Assembly: GCA_963745035.1 (NCBI GenBank)
Contig: CAVUVW010000002.1
Coordinates: 160,001 to 224,000 of the forward strand
Source of the DNA: an uncultured delta proteobacterium
GTDB lineage: Bacteria; Desulfobacterota; Binatia; UBA9968
DNA: 64,000 nucleotides
Direction: 5' to 3'
Positions 50,330 to 61,473 of this stretch are shown piece after piece. The notes beneath the pieces were generated by a model, which had not been told where the DNA came from, searched no databases, and saw nothing but the letters and a program-made list of their open reading frames with translations. Numbering within the stretch: the first letter of the stretch is position 1; every line of letters starts with the position of its first letter. The translations under genes and the position numbers were made by a program.

Positions 50330-51493
50330 CTACTTGACGATGCCCTGCGCGCGCAGGTCGCTCAGCTCCGACTTTCCCAAACCAAGGAGTCGTTCGAGAA
50401 CTTCGTCCGTATGCTCGCCGAGCCCCGGCGAGTCGCTGCGGATGCTCGCCGGCGTCCTGGACATGTGAATCCACGGCGCGAGAAGTTTGGTCGGGCCGGC
50501 GGTTGGATGATTGCGCTCGACGAACACATTGCGCTCTTTGATGTGCGGGTCTTCGATGACCTCGCCCATCGACAGCACCGGCGCGCCGAAATAGTCGATG
50601 GCGCGTAGCCCGTCCCACAGTTCCTGGCGCGTCTTGGTGCGCGCCCAGGCCTTGATCAACTCGTACAGTTCACCGCGGTGTTGCTTTCGCGCCGTGGTGG
50701 TCGCGAAGCGCGGATCCTCCAGCAAGTTCTCGCGAGCCATGAGCTTGGCGAGTTGTCCCCAGGCGCCATCGCTCAGATCCGGTACGCGCAAGGTGAAATA
50801 GCCGTCGGCGGCGGGAACCGGCTTGTTGCCGATCTCGATGCCGATGAAGTGCTCGTGGAATTCGCTGATCATGAAACCGAGCAGCGCTTCCTGCATGGAT
50901 ACGACGATGCGTTGTCCCTCGCCAGTGCGTTCGCGAGCATGCAGCGCGGCGAGAATGCCGCATACCATGCTGACGCCAGCGGCTTCATCGCCGATGCCGA
51001 TGGCTTTGGTGCCCGGCGCGCCGCTGTATTTCCACCCCGTGTGGGTCCAGCCGGTCATGCTGTTGTTGGTGTGGGCGGTGCTGCCGTAGTCTTTGTACGG
51101 GCCCGACTCACCGAAGCCGCGGGAGCAAGAATAGATCAGCCGCGGATTGATTTTCCTCAGGTCTTCATAACCGAGGCCGAATTTCTCCATCTGCCCGGCA
51201 TGATAGTTTTCGACGACGACGTCGGCGCGCGCGATCACTTGGCGGGCCAGTTCCACGCCGCGCGCGGTTTTGAGATTCAGCACGACGCTTTTCTTGTTGA
51301 CGTTGATCCAGAGAAATTCGTAGCCGTCTACCTTTGCGTCGGGCGGCATCCAGGAGCGGCGAAAGCCGTCGCCCGCCGGCGGCTCGATCTTGATGATCTC
51401 TGCGCCCATGTGGCCGAGCAGCATCGTGCAAAACGGCCCGTTGAGGGCATGAGTGAAATCGATCACGCGAATATCGTCAAGCGCGCCTGGCAT
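50330..51493 (-). CDS. Family III CoA-transferase (CaiB/BaiF)
   Basis: GPFCTMLLGHMGAEIIKIE, NVNKKSV, ADVVVENY and PGLGEHTDEVL. Confidence 0.92.
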   Translation of the reverse strand: MPGALDDIRVIDFTHALNGPFCTMLLGHMGAEIIKIEPPAGDGFRRSWMPPDAKVDGYEFLWINVNKKSVVLNLKTARGVELARQVIARADVVVENYHAGQMEKFGLGYEDLRKINPRLIYSCSRGFGESGPYKDYGSTAHTNNSMTGWTHTGWKYSGAPGTKAIGIGDEAAGVSMVCGILAALHARERTGEGQRIVVSMQEALLGFMISEFHEHFIGIEIGNKPVPAADGYFTLRVPDLSDGAWGQLAKLMARENLLEDPRFATTTARKQHRGELYELIKAWARTKTRQELWDGLRAIDYFGAPVLSMGEVIEDPHIKERNVFVERNHPTAGPTKLLAPWIHMSRTPASIRSDSPGLGEHTDEVLERLLGLGKSELSDLRAQGIVK

Positions 51494-51754
51494 GAGACCT
51501 CCTCGATTTGGAAAAAGGATAAGGATGAAGCTGGAAGGATCAAGTAGATATCAGAACCAATCCGTCTCCATGAACTGTTTTTCATTGTGAACGGCCGGAC
51601 CATACCACGAAATTGCACCGAGACAACAGAAATGCAGCCGGCGTTCCCGTGTCTTACCGGCGGAGAAACTTGACAGCGGGTCGGCGCAGGGATTAGCGTG
51701 CGCCGTGTCATCTCGAAGGATACAAAGGCCCACGGCAGCGACCGAGGAGGATCA

Positions 51755-52840
51755 ATGGCGATACAAATTCGGCGCGCATGCTTTCTTATTGTTCGTGCGA
51801 TCGTGCTCTGTGGTTGGTTGAGTATGCCTTGTTGGGCTGCAAGCGTAGAAGACGTCGCGCTGCTGAAATCCGCCAATCGTGAAAAGATTCTCATCGAGGG
51901 CGCCAAGAAGGAAGGAAAGGTATCGCTGTACACCGGCTTGATCGTCGATCAAGTCGTGCGGCCGGTGAAGGACGCCTTCGAAAAGGAGTACCCGTTTCTT
52001 CAGTTGGAATTTTTTCGCGCCAACGCGGAGCGGCTGGCGCAGCGGATGCTGGCCGAATATCAGGCCAAGCGCTATGAGGTGGATGTCATCAGCGGCAGCG
52101 CCGCAGCGACGATCTTACAGCGCACCGGACTGATGCAGCGTTTTTACTCGCCGCCGATCGCCGAGTACCCGCCGGAACTCAAGGACGCGAAAGGATTCTG
52201 GGGCAGCACGAATGTTTACTTCATGACTCTGGGCTACAACACGCGTGCGGTGAAGGCGGCCGAGCTGCCGAAAACCTATGAAGATCTCCTGAATCCGCGC
52301 TGGAAAGGCCAGATGATGTGGTCAACCAGCCGCGGCTCCGGCGCGCCGCAGTTCATCGGCAATATTCTGCTGACCATGGGACAGGAACCGGGCCGGGCTT
52401 ATCTGCGCAAGCTAAAAGCTCAGAATGTCGCCAAGAGCACGGCGAGCGCGCGGCAGATTCTCGATCTTGTGATCGCCGGCGAGTATCCGCTGGCGATCCA
52501 GATTTTCAATCACCACGCCTATATCAGTAAAGCCGCAGGGGCGCCGGTGGACTGGCAACCGCTGGAGCCGGTAACCGCAACCAACAACTCCATCGGCCTA
52601 GCCAAGAACGCGCCGCACCCGCACGCAGCCATGCTGTTTCTCGACTTCGTGCTTTCGAAAAAGGGCCAACGGGTTTTTCAAGCGGTCAATTACCTGCCCG
52701 CACATCCGGAAATCGCCGCCCTGCAAGCCGACTTGAAGCCCGGTATACGATTCAAAAAAGCCAATTATCTAGGGCCGGAAGTTCTCCTGGACAAAGGCAA
52801 CGAGTGGTCGGATTATTTCGATAAAGAGTTTCTAAGGTGA
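51755..52840 (+). CDS. ABC transporter substrate-binding protein (Fe3+/thiamine-like class)
   Basis: GAKKEGKVSLY, YNT...PKTYEDLLNPRWKG and APHPHAAMLFLDF. Confidence 0.88.
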   Translation: MAIQIRRACFLIVRAIVLCGWLSMPCWAASVEDVALLKSANREKILIEGAKKEGKVSLYTGLIVDQVVRPVKDAFEKEYPFLQLEFFRANAERLAQRMLAEYQAKRYEVDVISGSAAATILQRTGLMQRFYSPPIAEYPPELKDAKGFWGSTNVYFMTLGYNTRAVKAAELPKTYEDLLNPRWKGQMMWSTSRGSGAPQFIGNILLTMGQEPGRAYLRKLKAQNVAKSTASARQILDLVIAGEYPLAIQIFNHHAYISKAAGAPVDWQPLEPVTATNNSIGLAKNAPHPHAAMLFLDFVLSKKGQRVFQAVNYLPAHPEIAALQADLKPGIRFKKANYLGPEVLLDKGNEWSDYFDKEFLR

Positions 52841-52952
52841 GCGCGCGCATTGCGAACGCTGGGCGGCCGATTTCACGAGAAAATATTGCGGGTGCGTGTC
52901 CGTTGTGGTGGAATCCTATTGACGCACCAACTACTCGTGAAGGAGATATCAA

Positions 52953-53324
52953 ATGCCGGCAATGACTCCCGAAGATATCTGCCGCCTATTCCAACAATTT
53001 ATGGCTAGAGGCGATCTTGACGCAGTGATGAGCGTCTACGATCCTGAAGCAGTCTTTCTGAACCAATCGCGTGAAGTCACGAAGTGCACGGAAGACTTGC
53101 GACGGGAGTTGGCTCCTCTAGCCGCTGCGAAGACCGCCTTTGACTTCAACGTCAAGCAAATCATCCAGGCTGGCAACATCGCACTGATGCACACGGAGTG
53201 GAAGGTCTCGGGGCCGCAGCTGATGACCGTGTATGCGATCGAGGTCGCTCGTCGCCAGCCCGACGGATCGTGGTGCTGGCTCATCGGCGATCCCTACACG
53301 GTTGGCAGGGAAGTGGGCTCTTAA
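52953..53324 (+). CDS. SnoaL/NTF2-like (YybH-type) protein
   Basis: GDLDAVMSVYDPEAV and EVARRQPDGSW...IGDP. Confidence 0.8.
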   Translation: MPAMTPEDICRLFQQFMARGDLDAVMSVYDPEAVFLNQSREVTKCTEDLRRELAPLAAAKTAFDFNVKQIIQAGNIALMHTEWKVSGPQLMTVYAIEVARRQPDGSWCWLIGDPYTVGREVGS

Positions 53325-53505
53325 AAACGCACGCCCGTAAGGAGCCCGCGACCGCGGCGCAACCACAACGGCAATAAAGACATTGTCTCGTTTGCCGCGA
53401 ACAATCTGATTAGCGTGGAGTGAGCCGGCACAATGCTTCAGCGATCGCTGTAGCGCCCGTAATGTAAGATAGCGCAATTTTCCAAATCTTACTCAGGAGA
53501 AAAAC

Positions 53506-54891
53506 ATGACGAATATACAGACAGCAAAAGTGGAGGAGTTGAAAAATAACTTCAGCGGCGAAATTTTTCTTCCGAGTGACGATGCTTACGAAAGCGCACG
53601 CCAGATCTGGAATGCGATGATCGACAAGCACCCGGCGCTCATCGTCCGTTGTGTCACCGTGTCGGACGTTGTCGCCGCGGTGAACTTCGCGAGGGACAAC
53701 AGGCTCTTGCTCGCCGTCCGCGGCGGCGGACATAACATTGCCGGCAATGCTATGTGCGACGACGGTATCGTCATTGACCTCTCGCGGATGAAGGCCGCAA
53801 AGGTCGACGCTAACGCACGCCGCGTTGCCATCGAGGGAGGCGCCACGCTCGCGGACCTCGACGCCGCCACCCAGGCTCATGGCCTCGCCACACCGCTCGG
53901 CATCAACTCCACCACGGGCGTCGCGGGACTGACCCTCGGCGGCGGATTCGGCTGGCTCAGCCGCAAATACGGTATGACCATCGACAACCTCGAGTCCACG
54001 GAGGTCGTGACCGCGGCTGGTGAGGTGGTGCGCGCCAGCTCGACCGAGCACCCCGACCTGTTCTGGGCGCTCCGTGGCGGCGGTGGGAATTTCGGTGTCG
54101 TCACGCGCTTCGAGTTCCGACTCCATTCCGTCGGTCCGAATGTGCTAAGCGGCCTGATCGTCTATCCGATCTCCGCGGCGAAGTCGGTGCTGCAACAATA
54201 TCGCGAATTCGTCGCACAGACACCGGACGATCTCTCCGTGTGGGCGGTCCTGCGCCAGGCGCCACCGCTGCCGTTCCTTCCGGAGAAGGTCCACGGCACG
54301 GGCATCCTCGCGCTCGCTTTGCTGCATGCAGGCGACCCGAAAAAGGGCGAGCCGCTCATCGAGCCGCTGCGAAAGTTCGGCACTCCCGTCGGTGAGCATG
54401 TCGGTGTCCAGCCCTACACCGCCTGGCAGCAGGCCTTCGACCCCCTGCTTACCAGCGGCGCGCGCAATTACTGGAAGTCCCACAATTTCTCGACGCTCAC
54501 CGATGGACTATTCGACGCCATCATCGACTACATCCACAGGCTGCCGTCGACTCAGTGCGAGATCTTCTTGGGCGCCCTCGGTGGCGCCACCGCACGGCCG
54601 ACCCCGGAGTCCACGGCATATGCCCACCGCGATGCTCAGTTCGTTATGAACGTCCACGGCCGCTGGGAGAACCCAGCCGACGATCCGCGCTGCATCGGCT
54701 GGGCGCGCTCCTTCTTCGACGCCTCGGCCCCCTTCGCCAGTGGCGGCGTTTACGTCAATTTCCTCACCGCAGACGAGGGTGACCGCGTCGGCGCCGCCTA
54801 CGGCTCGAACTACCATCGTCTCGCCCAGGTGAAGCGCAAGTACGACCCGGATAACCTTTTCTGCATGAACCAGAATATCAAGCCGGCCTGA
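53506..54891 (+). CDS. FAD-linked oxidase, BBE family (paralog of 8663-10051)
   Basis: VRGGGHNIAG, LFWALRGGGGNFGVVT and KRKYDPDNLF. Confidence 0.92.
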   Translation: MTNIQTAKVEELKNNFSGEIFLPSDDAYESARQIWNAMIDKHPALIVRCVTVSDVVAAVNFARDNRLLLAVRGGGHNIAGNAMCDDGIVIDLSRMKAAKVDANARRVAIEGGATLADLDAATQAHGLATPLGINSTTGVAGLTLGGGFGWLSRKYGMTIDNLESTEVVTAAGEVVRASSTEHPDLFWALRGGGGNFGVVTRFEFRLHSVGPNVLSGLIVYPISAAKSVLQQYREFVAQTPDDLSVWAVLRQAPPLPFLPEKVHGTGILALALLHAGDPKKGEPLIEPLRKFGTPVGEHVGVQPYTAWQQAFDPLLTSGARNYWKSHNFSTLTDGLFDAIIDYIHRLPSTQCEIFLGALGGATARPTPESTAYAHRDAQFVMNVHGRWENPADDPRCIGWARSFFDASAPFASGGVYVNFLTADEGDRVGAAYGSNYHRLAQVKRKYDPDNLFCMNQNIKPA

Positions 54892-55044
54892 GAAAATGGG
54901 ATGCGCCGTATCGACCGGTTGTAGCGGACGGTGTTTCGCCGCCGCTGAACTGGGACGGTTAGTAGCGTACTTGTAGCTTTCGAAGTTGTCGATGAGCGGT
55001 GAACTTGATGTCCTAGAGCTGACAAAACACTCGAGGGCACTATT

Positions 55045-55773
55045 ATGATGCCCCCAACTACGGTCTTTGGTGAGCGGCATGTTGTGACCATCCAGTCGTC
55101 GGTAGCTGGGCACCGAAAGATCTTTTCTGTCGGCTTCGGCAAAGATGGCAGCGTGTATGTGTACCTGCCTTACTTCTCGGAGACCGACGGAATACTGCTC
55201 CGCCAAGTCGGCCGCGTAGTCAACGGAGTGGCCTTAGTAGAACGCAAAGAGCTTCCGCACATGACATCGAGTCGCGTGAAGTTCAGCTACCATCCGAATG
55301 GTCGTGCGCACTTCTCACAAACGGGCAAGGTCAAGACGGTTGTGATCGGTAGCCTTCCACCACTTTTGATGCACGACGGAGTGCTGTTCCAAGTGCAAGC
55401 CTATGGTTTCGATCACTATGCACTAGTGGTACCGAAGGACTCGAAGAGGGTTCTCGTGGACTGTACGCCTGATCCGGATGCGCTTGGAGTGGTCGTCACG
55501 GGTCATATCTCCAAGCCAGGGGTATGCGCCGTCGAGAGTGCGGGAGAGCCGAGGCTCGTTGCTCGATCGCAATACTCTTCGATGCTCATCGCGCTGGGCT
55601 ACAAGGTGCTGCGTGCGCCTGCGCACTATGACGGAGCCCATTTGATCTTCGCGGGAGGGCCTTCAGCGCCGGCGATCATGGCCCCCGGAGCGGCGCGGAG
55701 CGTGCTCAGCGCGGCATACCCTCGCGGTAGCGCTCCCGCCCTTTTCCCCGGCGCAGAATCGGCTGACCTATGA
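55045..55773 (+). CDS. Hypothetical protein
   Basis: 242-aa beta-rich ORF with KFSYHPNGRAHFSQTG motif; family not recognised. Confidence 0.55.
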   Translation: MMPPTTVFGERHVVTIQSSVAGHRKIFSVGFGKDGSVYVYLPYFSETDGILLRQVGRVVNGVALVERKELPHMTSSRVKFSYHPNGRAHFSQTGKVKTVVIGSLPPLLMHDGVLFQVQAYGFDHYALVVPKDSKRVLVDCTPDPDALGVVVTGHISKPGVCAVESAGEPRLVARSQYSSMLIALGYKVLRAPAHYDGAHLIFAGGPSAPAIMAPGAARSVLSAAYPRGSAPALFPGAESADL

Positions 55774-55901
55774 GTCGGAGACCAGGTAACCAGCTGCAGT
55801 AGCCGGCGAGTCCCAACCGGCGCGCGCCTGACCAGCAGAGAGGTTATGACGATGACGCCGACTATTTGGAGAAGAGATCCTCCGTTCCACAACCTCGTTT
55901 T

Positions 55902-56988
55902 CTACAGCCCATAAAACGTCTTGGCGTTGTCGTAGAGAATTTTCTGCACGGCTGATGGGCTGATCTCGCCTTTTTCCGCGCGCTCTTTTAGCAGATGCGG
56001 GAACTCGTATTCCATCGATGAATCGCGGTGGGTGTAGTCGGAGCCGATCATCAGGCTGTCTTCGCCGGCGACTTTGAGGACATAAGGCAAGTCTTCATCG
56101 ACCTGGCAGGTGACGTACATGCGATTGGCCTTGAGCAATTCCGACGGACAACGTGTAGCGAGCGAATTGGCTGAAGGTGCCGGCGCCGTCGGCGGCTTTT
56201 TCCATGCGGCGTTTGAGTTCCCAGGCGATAAAGGGAATCCATGAGCAGCCGGCTTCGATGATGCCGAAGCGCAGCTTGGGGTATTTCACCGGCAGTTGAT
56301 GCCGGATGATAGTGTGAAACGCGTGCACCGTCGGGAGTTGGGAGCGCATGAAAGAGCCGAGCGAAAACTCGCGCGCGGGGACGAAGTCGGGCGTGCCGGA
56401 ACCGATGTGAACGCAGATGGGCAGGTCCAAGCGATTGGCTTCTTCGTAGAGCGGGAAGAAGTACGGATCTGCGGGCCATTTCCCGGCTTCCAAATCACCT
56501 TTCTTCAAGATGCCGCAGGCGCCGTGGTCTTTGGCGAACTGAAGTTCCTTGATCGTTTCGTCCATGTTCATCAGTGGCGGCAGGCAAACCCAGCGCAGCC
56601 GGCCGTGGGACTCGGCGCAGCGATCGGCAAGCCAGCGGTTGTAGCTGCGCCGCAGCGCGGTGGACACTTCCGGGCGCTCAGTGGCTTCCATGAGAAATAA
56701 CGTCGGGTAGAGCACCTGGACCTCGGTGCCCATGGCGTCCATGTCGCGCAGTCGCGCCGGCACGTCCAAGAGCTCTCTTGTTTCCACAGTCGTCCGAGTG
56801 TTGTTGTCATCGCGGACAAATCTCATCTGTCGGTGGCCATCGATCAGCCAGTAACGCACCGGTGTCTTGCTAGGGTCGACGCGGCTGGGATGTTGAGTGA
56901 TCGGTTTGAACTCTTGCTCGAAGTCGCGCAGGTATTCCCAGGTCGCTTCGGTTTCATCGATGTGGGTGTCGGCGTCGATGATCGGCAT
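55902..56988 (-). CDS. Amidohydrolase-2 family protein (frameshift at about 56150)
   Basis: IIDADTHIDE, QVLYPT, ICVHIG, IEAGCSW and GSDYTHRD. Confidence 0.88.
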
Positions 56989-57040
56989 GGCACACCTCCG
57001 ATTCTTCAGGGATGATAATCATAAAGAACGGGAAAAGCGC

Positions 57041-57076
57041 AACGTTCAAAACGTTCAAGCCGTTCAAATCGTTCAA
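57041..57076. repeat. Tandem 9-nt repeat, four copies of CGTTCAA
   Basis: Copies at 57043, 57052, 57061 and 57070. Confidence 0.75.
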
Positions 57077-57243
57077 CACGTGGATCAAGTCCCGTTAGGT
57101 CGCTGAGGCAGTTCGTCATTCCCGCATGCCTTCAGCATGGAATCCAGGCGAACCTTGACTGGACCCCGATAAAAACATTCCCGGGGGACGCCTCCAAAAA
57201 TGCCGGCGTCTAGCGCGCTCTTATTCAATTGTGCTCGAGAATG

Positions 57244-57272
57244 AAAAAAGGCCACTCGCATGAGTGGCCTTT
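57244..57272 (-). terminator. Rho-independent terminator
   Basis: GGCCACTC-gcat-GAGTGGCC stem followed by T6 on the minus strand, downstream of the cupin gene. Confidence 0.75.
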
Positions 57273-57303
57273 CTGAGCTTGCTCAGCGCGGGACGCAGAG
57301 CGA

Positions 57304-57795
57304 TCAGCCGGCGGATTCGGCGAAGAACGTGCCGGATTCGATGGGCGGCAGATTGCGGTTCTCCGGTGTGCCGCTGACCAGGGGGTTGCCGTCGGTGCCG
57401 AGGCGCGCGGGCTGGCCTTCCGGCTGCTGATTTTTCACGCCGGCGCCGACGCGAATCACGACGAGATTGCCCTCACCGGTGTTGAGATATCGGTAGTAGG
57501 CGCCCTTCGGGATCATCACGCCTTGATACTGCTTTACTTCGATTTCGCCGCCATTTTCATCGAACACGCTCATCTGTCCTTCCAACACGATAAAAGCGTG
57601 GTCTTCGTTGAGGTGCGTGTGGATCTCGTTCTCGCCGCCCTCGGCGTTGATCTTCGTATGAATCCTCATGTTCGAAGTCTCGGCGACGAGCTGGGTGACG
57701 CGGCCCTGTTTCATGTACGGCGTCTTCAAGGAGAAGAGCGCTGTTTTCGGTTTGTCCTGCGATTTTAGTTTGGCTGCGGTGGCGCTGGTTTGCAT
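57304..57795 (-). CDS. Cupin domain protein
   Basis: GGENEIHTHLNEDHAFIVLEG...IPKGAYYRYLNTG. Confidence 0.85.
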   Translation of the reverse strand: MQTSATAAKLKSQDKPKTALFSLKTPYMKQGRVTQLVAETSNMRIHTKINAEGGENEIHTHLNEDHAFIVLEGQMSVFDENGGEIEVKQYQGVMIPKGAYYRYLNTGEGNLVVIRVGAGVKNQQPEGQPARLGTDGNPLVSGTPENRNLPPIESGTFFAESAG

Positions 57796-57883
57796 GTTAG
57801 TTCCTTTGTTCTTTGAAGTTTCGCGTCGAGACCCTTCGCGTTCGCTCAGGGTGACTCAGTCGCGCGCATCTAGCGTGACTGAG

Positions 57884-58942
57884 TCAATTATTTACGCCGT
57901 CGATCTTCAGATCGTACAGCTTGATCACGTTCTCACGTACGACTTTGCGCAGCACGTCCTTGGGCAGATGGCCGAGCTCCTCGGCGATCACTTTGCGCGA
58001 GTGCGGCCAGGGCGAAGCGGCGTGCGGGTAGTCGTTGGACCACATGAACGTATCCTGGCCGAAGCGGCTCATGAGCAGGCCACCGCATGGATCGCTGAAG
58101 AAAGTGGCGTAGACTTGCTCGTCGATATACTCACCCGGCAGTTTTTCCATGAACGGCAGCGGCACTTTGGTTTTGAAGCGCACGTAGTACTTGTCCCACT
58201 CGTGTTGGTAGAACGGCAGCCAGGCGCACTCGTTTTCGACATAAACCAATTTCAATTTTGGGAATCGAGCGAGGACGCCGGTAAAAACGAAATCGAAGAG
58301 GGTATTGGCGGCGTCGTTCACCTTGTCGTTGACCGCGGTTTTGTAGGTATCGAGTCCTTTGCGCTCCCACCGGCTGTAGTTGAAGCCGGTAAGGATATGC
58401 AGATTGACGGGCATGTTGAGCGCGGACGCCGCTTCCCAGAACGGATCGTAATAGTCGGTCCGAAACGACAGGTGCTCGGGCGGCACTTGCCAGATCAGGC
58501 AGCCGACCATGCCGGCTTTCTTACAGCGTTCGAGCTCCTTGACGGCGTTCTTGATGTTGTAAAGCGAGATCATCGGAATGCCGATCAGGCGTCCCGGCGT
58601 CACTTTGCAGTAGTCGATCATCCAATCGTTGGCGATTTGGAAACAAGCTTCCTGGCACTCCGCGTGTTCCATGGCGAACAAGCGAAGACCGAGAGTCGGG
58701 TAGAGCACTTCGGCGGAAACCCCGTCGGTTTCCATCTCGCCGATGCGCGCGTGCGGGTCCCAACCGCCGGGCTTCTCGCCGGGAGAATTGCGCTTGGGAA
58801 AAGCGGGATACTTGCCCTTCAGCGACGGCGGCAGATTCTTGATCCACAGATCTTCCGGCTCCTGAATATGGGAATCCGCGGAAATGATCTTTTCGCCTGC
58901 CAATACGGTCTCCGGTGTGTATGCGCTTGCCGCTGTGCTCAT
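57884..58942 (-). CDS. Amidohydrolase-2 family protein
   Basis: ISADSHIQEP, AEVLYPT, PVNLH and MWSNDYPH. Confidence 0.9.
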   Translation of the reverse strand: MSTAASAYTPETVLAGEKIISADSHIQEPEDLWIKNLPPSLKGKYPAFPKRNSPGEKPGGWDPHARIGEMETDGVSAEVLYPTLGLRLFAMEHAECQEACFQIANDWMIDYCKVTPGRLIGIPMISLYNIKNAVKELERCKKAGMVGCLIWQVPPEHLSFRTDYYDPFWEAASALNMPVNLHILTGFNYSRWERKGLDTYKTAVNDKVNDAANTLFDFVFTGVLARFPKLKLVYVENECAWLPFYQHEWDKYYVRFKTKVPLPFMEKLPGEYIDEQVYATFFSDPCGGLLMSRFGQDTFMWSNDYPHAASPWPHSRKVIAEELGHLPKDVLRKVVRENVIKLYDLKIDGVNN

Positions 58943-59048
58943 GATTCCTCCCTTGCAGTACTCGTTGATTCTTTTCGAAATCTCTATGCTCACCCTAGAA
59001 ACGGATCCAGTGACTGATCACTACGAAACCTGCTCGTTCAAGTCAAAT

Positions 59049-59946
59049 TCACTTCTTTTGCTCGGCGAGCTTGGTGGCGCGCCAGGGTACCGATCGCGCC
59101 CCGCCCGGCGCGGTTGCGCTTCCTTCCATCTTTCCGTCGGTGACTTTGCCGGTCAACCGATAGAGAGTGGCGCCGACTAAAAGATCGAAGCTGATCTGGT
59201 CGCCGCGGAGCAAGGTATTGTCGATCTTCATCGGTCCCAATAGATTTTCTGCGGATGCGTTGATCATTTGATACTGTTGCGCGAAGTCCAGCACGATCAA
59301 TTGCCGGCTGCTGCCGCCGGCGTCGAACTCCATGCGCCATCCGCCGCGCACGACGCTGGGAACGATCCACAAGTAGAGATAGGCCTTATCGGTGCCGTTG
59401 ACTTTGACCTTCTCCGGCACCGTGAGCGAGAACTGCCGGTCGGGATACCACTCACGCATGTAATAATCGTGCGCGACGATGCGCGTTCCGGGCTTCAGCT
59501 CCGCCAACAGCTTCGGGCGGAGTTTTTCCATGAAATCGGGCAGCACGTAAAGGGTCACGACCGTGGCCTTGCCGATATCGGCTTTGAACATGTCCTGCTC
59601 GATAAATTTCGCACGATCGTCCACGCCGTCGGCTTTGGCCTGCCTGTTGGAGAGATCCACCAGCTTCTTGTCAATGTCCACTCCCAGTCCGTTGGCGTTC
59701 AAAGTTTTCGCCGCGGTGATGATCATCCGGCCGTCGCCGGAGCCGAGATCGATGACAAAATCCTTGCCCGTGACGTTAGCCATCTTGAGCATTTCATCGA
59801 CGACCACCTGTGGCGTCGGCACGTAAGGGAAGCTTGCTGAGCTCCTGGGCCGACGATGCGGCCGCTGAAAACAGAGCCAGCACAACGGTCCACGAAACAA
59901 TCGACATTCGCTTTGCGAGCGGGAAAAATCTTTGCCGCGGTGTCAT
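59049..59946 (-). CDS. Signal-peptide-bearing class I SAM methyltransferase (frameshift at about 59829)
   Basis: Signal peptide (LALFSAAASSAQ) joins PYVPTPQVVVDEML...DLGSGDGR by removing one C. Confidence 0.82.
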
Positions 59947-60307
59947 GACGAAACTCCTTGCGATGGTGGTCCATAATAATCCTATTTGTCCGGGGAATTG
60001 CAACTTGTCGGGTTCGCGGAAGCGCATGAGCGCGCTCCCTGGGCGATAACCGCAGCGACCGAAGTCGCATAGCAGATTGCTGAAAGCCTGTCGGGTCTTT
60101 GACCTGCTCAGGCGAATGGAGAATTGAAATAGTCAGTGATCCCAGTCATACCGGGGCCACTCGAAGCGTTCGAACTTTCGACAATATGCCGCTTGCTCGC
60201 TCCTCGCCGCCGAAACGCAACGGGATAGAAATCTTCACGAAACCGATGCGGCTTGACGCTTCGGGAAATTCCCCCTATTTTCTCGCATAGCGAGGAGAAA
60301 GCAGCGC

Positions 60308-61343
60308 GTGAACTTTGGATACTACATTCTCAACACCTACGTTCCGGAGCTTGACGGCGATAGCCGATCGGTCTACAGCCGCTGGCTCGAACAGATCGAC
60401 GCGGCGGAGTCGCTCGGCTTCGATTCGCTCTGGGTAACCGAGCATCACTTTCGCCACTTCGGCGGCATGATGCCGAGTCCGTCCGTGATTCTGGCGGCGG
60501 CATCGCAGCGCACGAAAAAACTGCGTCTCGGCGCGGCGGTGTCGATCATTCCGATGCACAATCCCCTGCGCATCGCCGAAGAATTCGCCATGGTCGACCA
60601 GCTTTCCGGCGGGCGGCTCAACTTCGGCGCCGGGCGCGGCATGCATCCCACCGAGTATGCGGTCTTCGGCTACGAGTGGAACGACGCACAAAAGCGGCTG
60701 CCCGAAGGGCTCGACGTGATCCTTCGCGCCTGGAGCGGCGAGGAATTCGAATGGCAGGGTGAGCACTATCGTTTCCCCAAGCTGCGGGTTTACCCACAGC
60801 CTTTGCAACGTCCCCACCCGCCGATTTACGTAACCGCGAATCGCGACCCGGAAAGTTTCAACATGATCGGCAGGCGCGGCCATCATTTGATGACTTTGCC
60901 GTGGATCGCGACCAACGAGGAGCAGCGGCCGCGGGTGGAAATGTATCGGACGGCATTGCGCGACGGCGGCCACAAGGTCGAGGACCGAGACGTTTTCACC
61001 ATGTACCCGATCTACGTCGGCGCCGACGACCGCGCAGGCGCGCAGCGAAGTCATCGCGCATTGGCACCGCTGGCGCGGCTTCGCTTTGGAAGCGCTCAAT
61101 CTCACTCCGGGGAATCCCGCCTATGACCGCGTGTTCGGTCACCTGGATTACGACGCGATGCTGCGCGACAGCCGCGGCGTGTTCGGCGGTCCGGAAACCT
61201 GCGCGCGGATTTTGCAGCGAATCGGCGAAGTCGTCGGCACGACCCACATCGGTTTGACCTTTCACTTCGGCGGGCTGAGCCAGGACAAAGTGCTCAAGTC
61301 GATGGAGCGGTGCGCTCGTCTCGTGCTGCCCGCGCTGCGTTAG
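60308..61343 (+). CDS. LLM-class (luciferase-like) flavin-dependent oxidoreductase (frameshift at about 61031)
   Basis: GFDSLWVTEHHF, PLRIAEEFAMVDQLSGGRL and PQPLQRPHPPI. Confidence 0.9.
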
Positions 61344-61473
61344 GATGCTTCCCGCCGCGTGCGTGATTGCGCGCGCTTTCGATCGCGCCGACTGAGCTGA
61401 AACTTTAAACTGACAACTGCCTCATCAGCAGTCGGCGAGTGGGACGGATCAAACCTTCAACGAAAGAGACACC

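Noticed and set aside
2833-61343. About nine frameshifted genes (murJ, MTase-1, SEL1, tup regulator, GH13, ligB, amidohydrolase, MTase, LLM) read as pseudogenes or programmed frameshifts
   Set aside because: Most are a single extra base, often in short C/G runs; both halves are otherwise intact, and murJ is normally essential. Long-read indel error is the simplest explanation, and no slippery motifs were seen.
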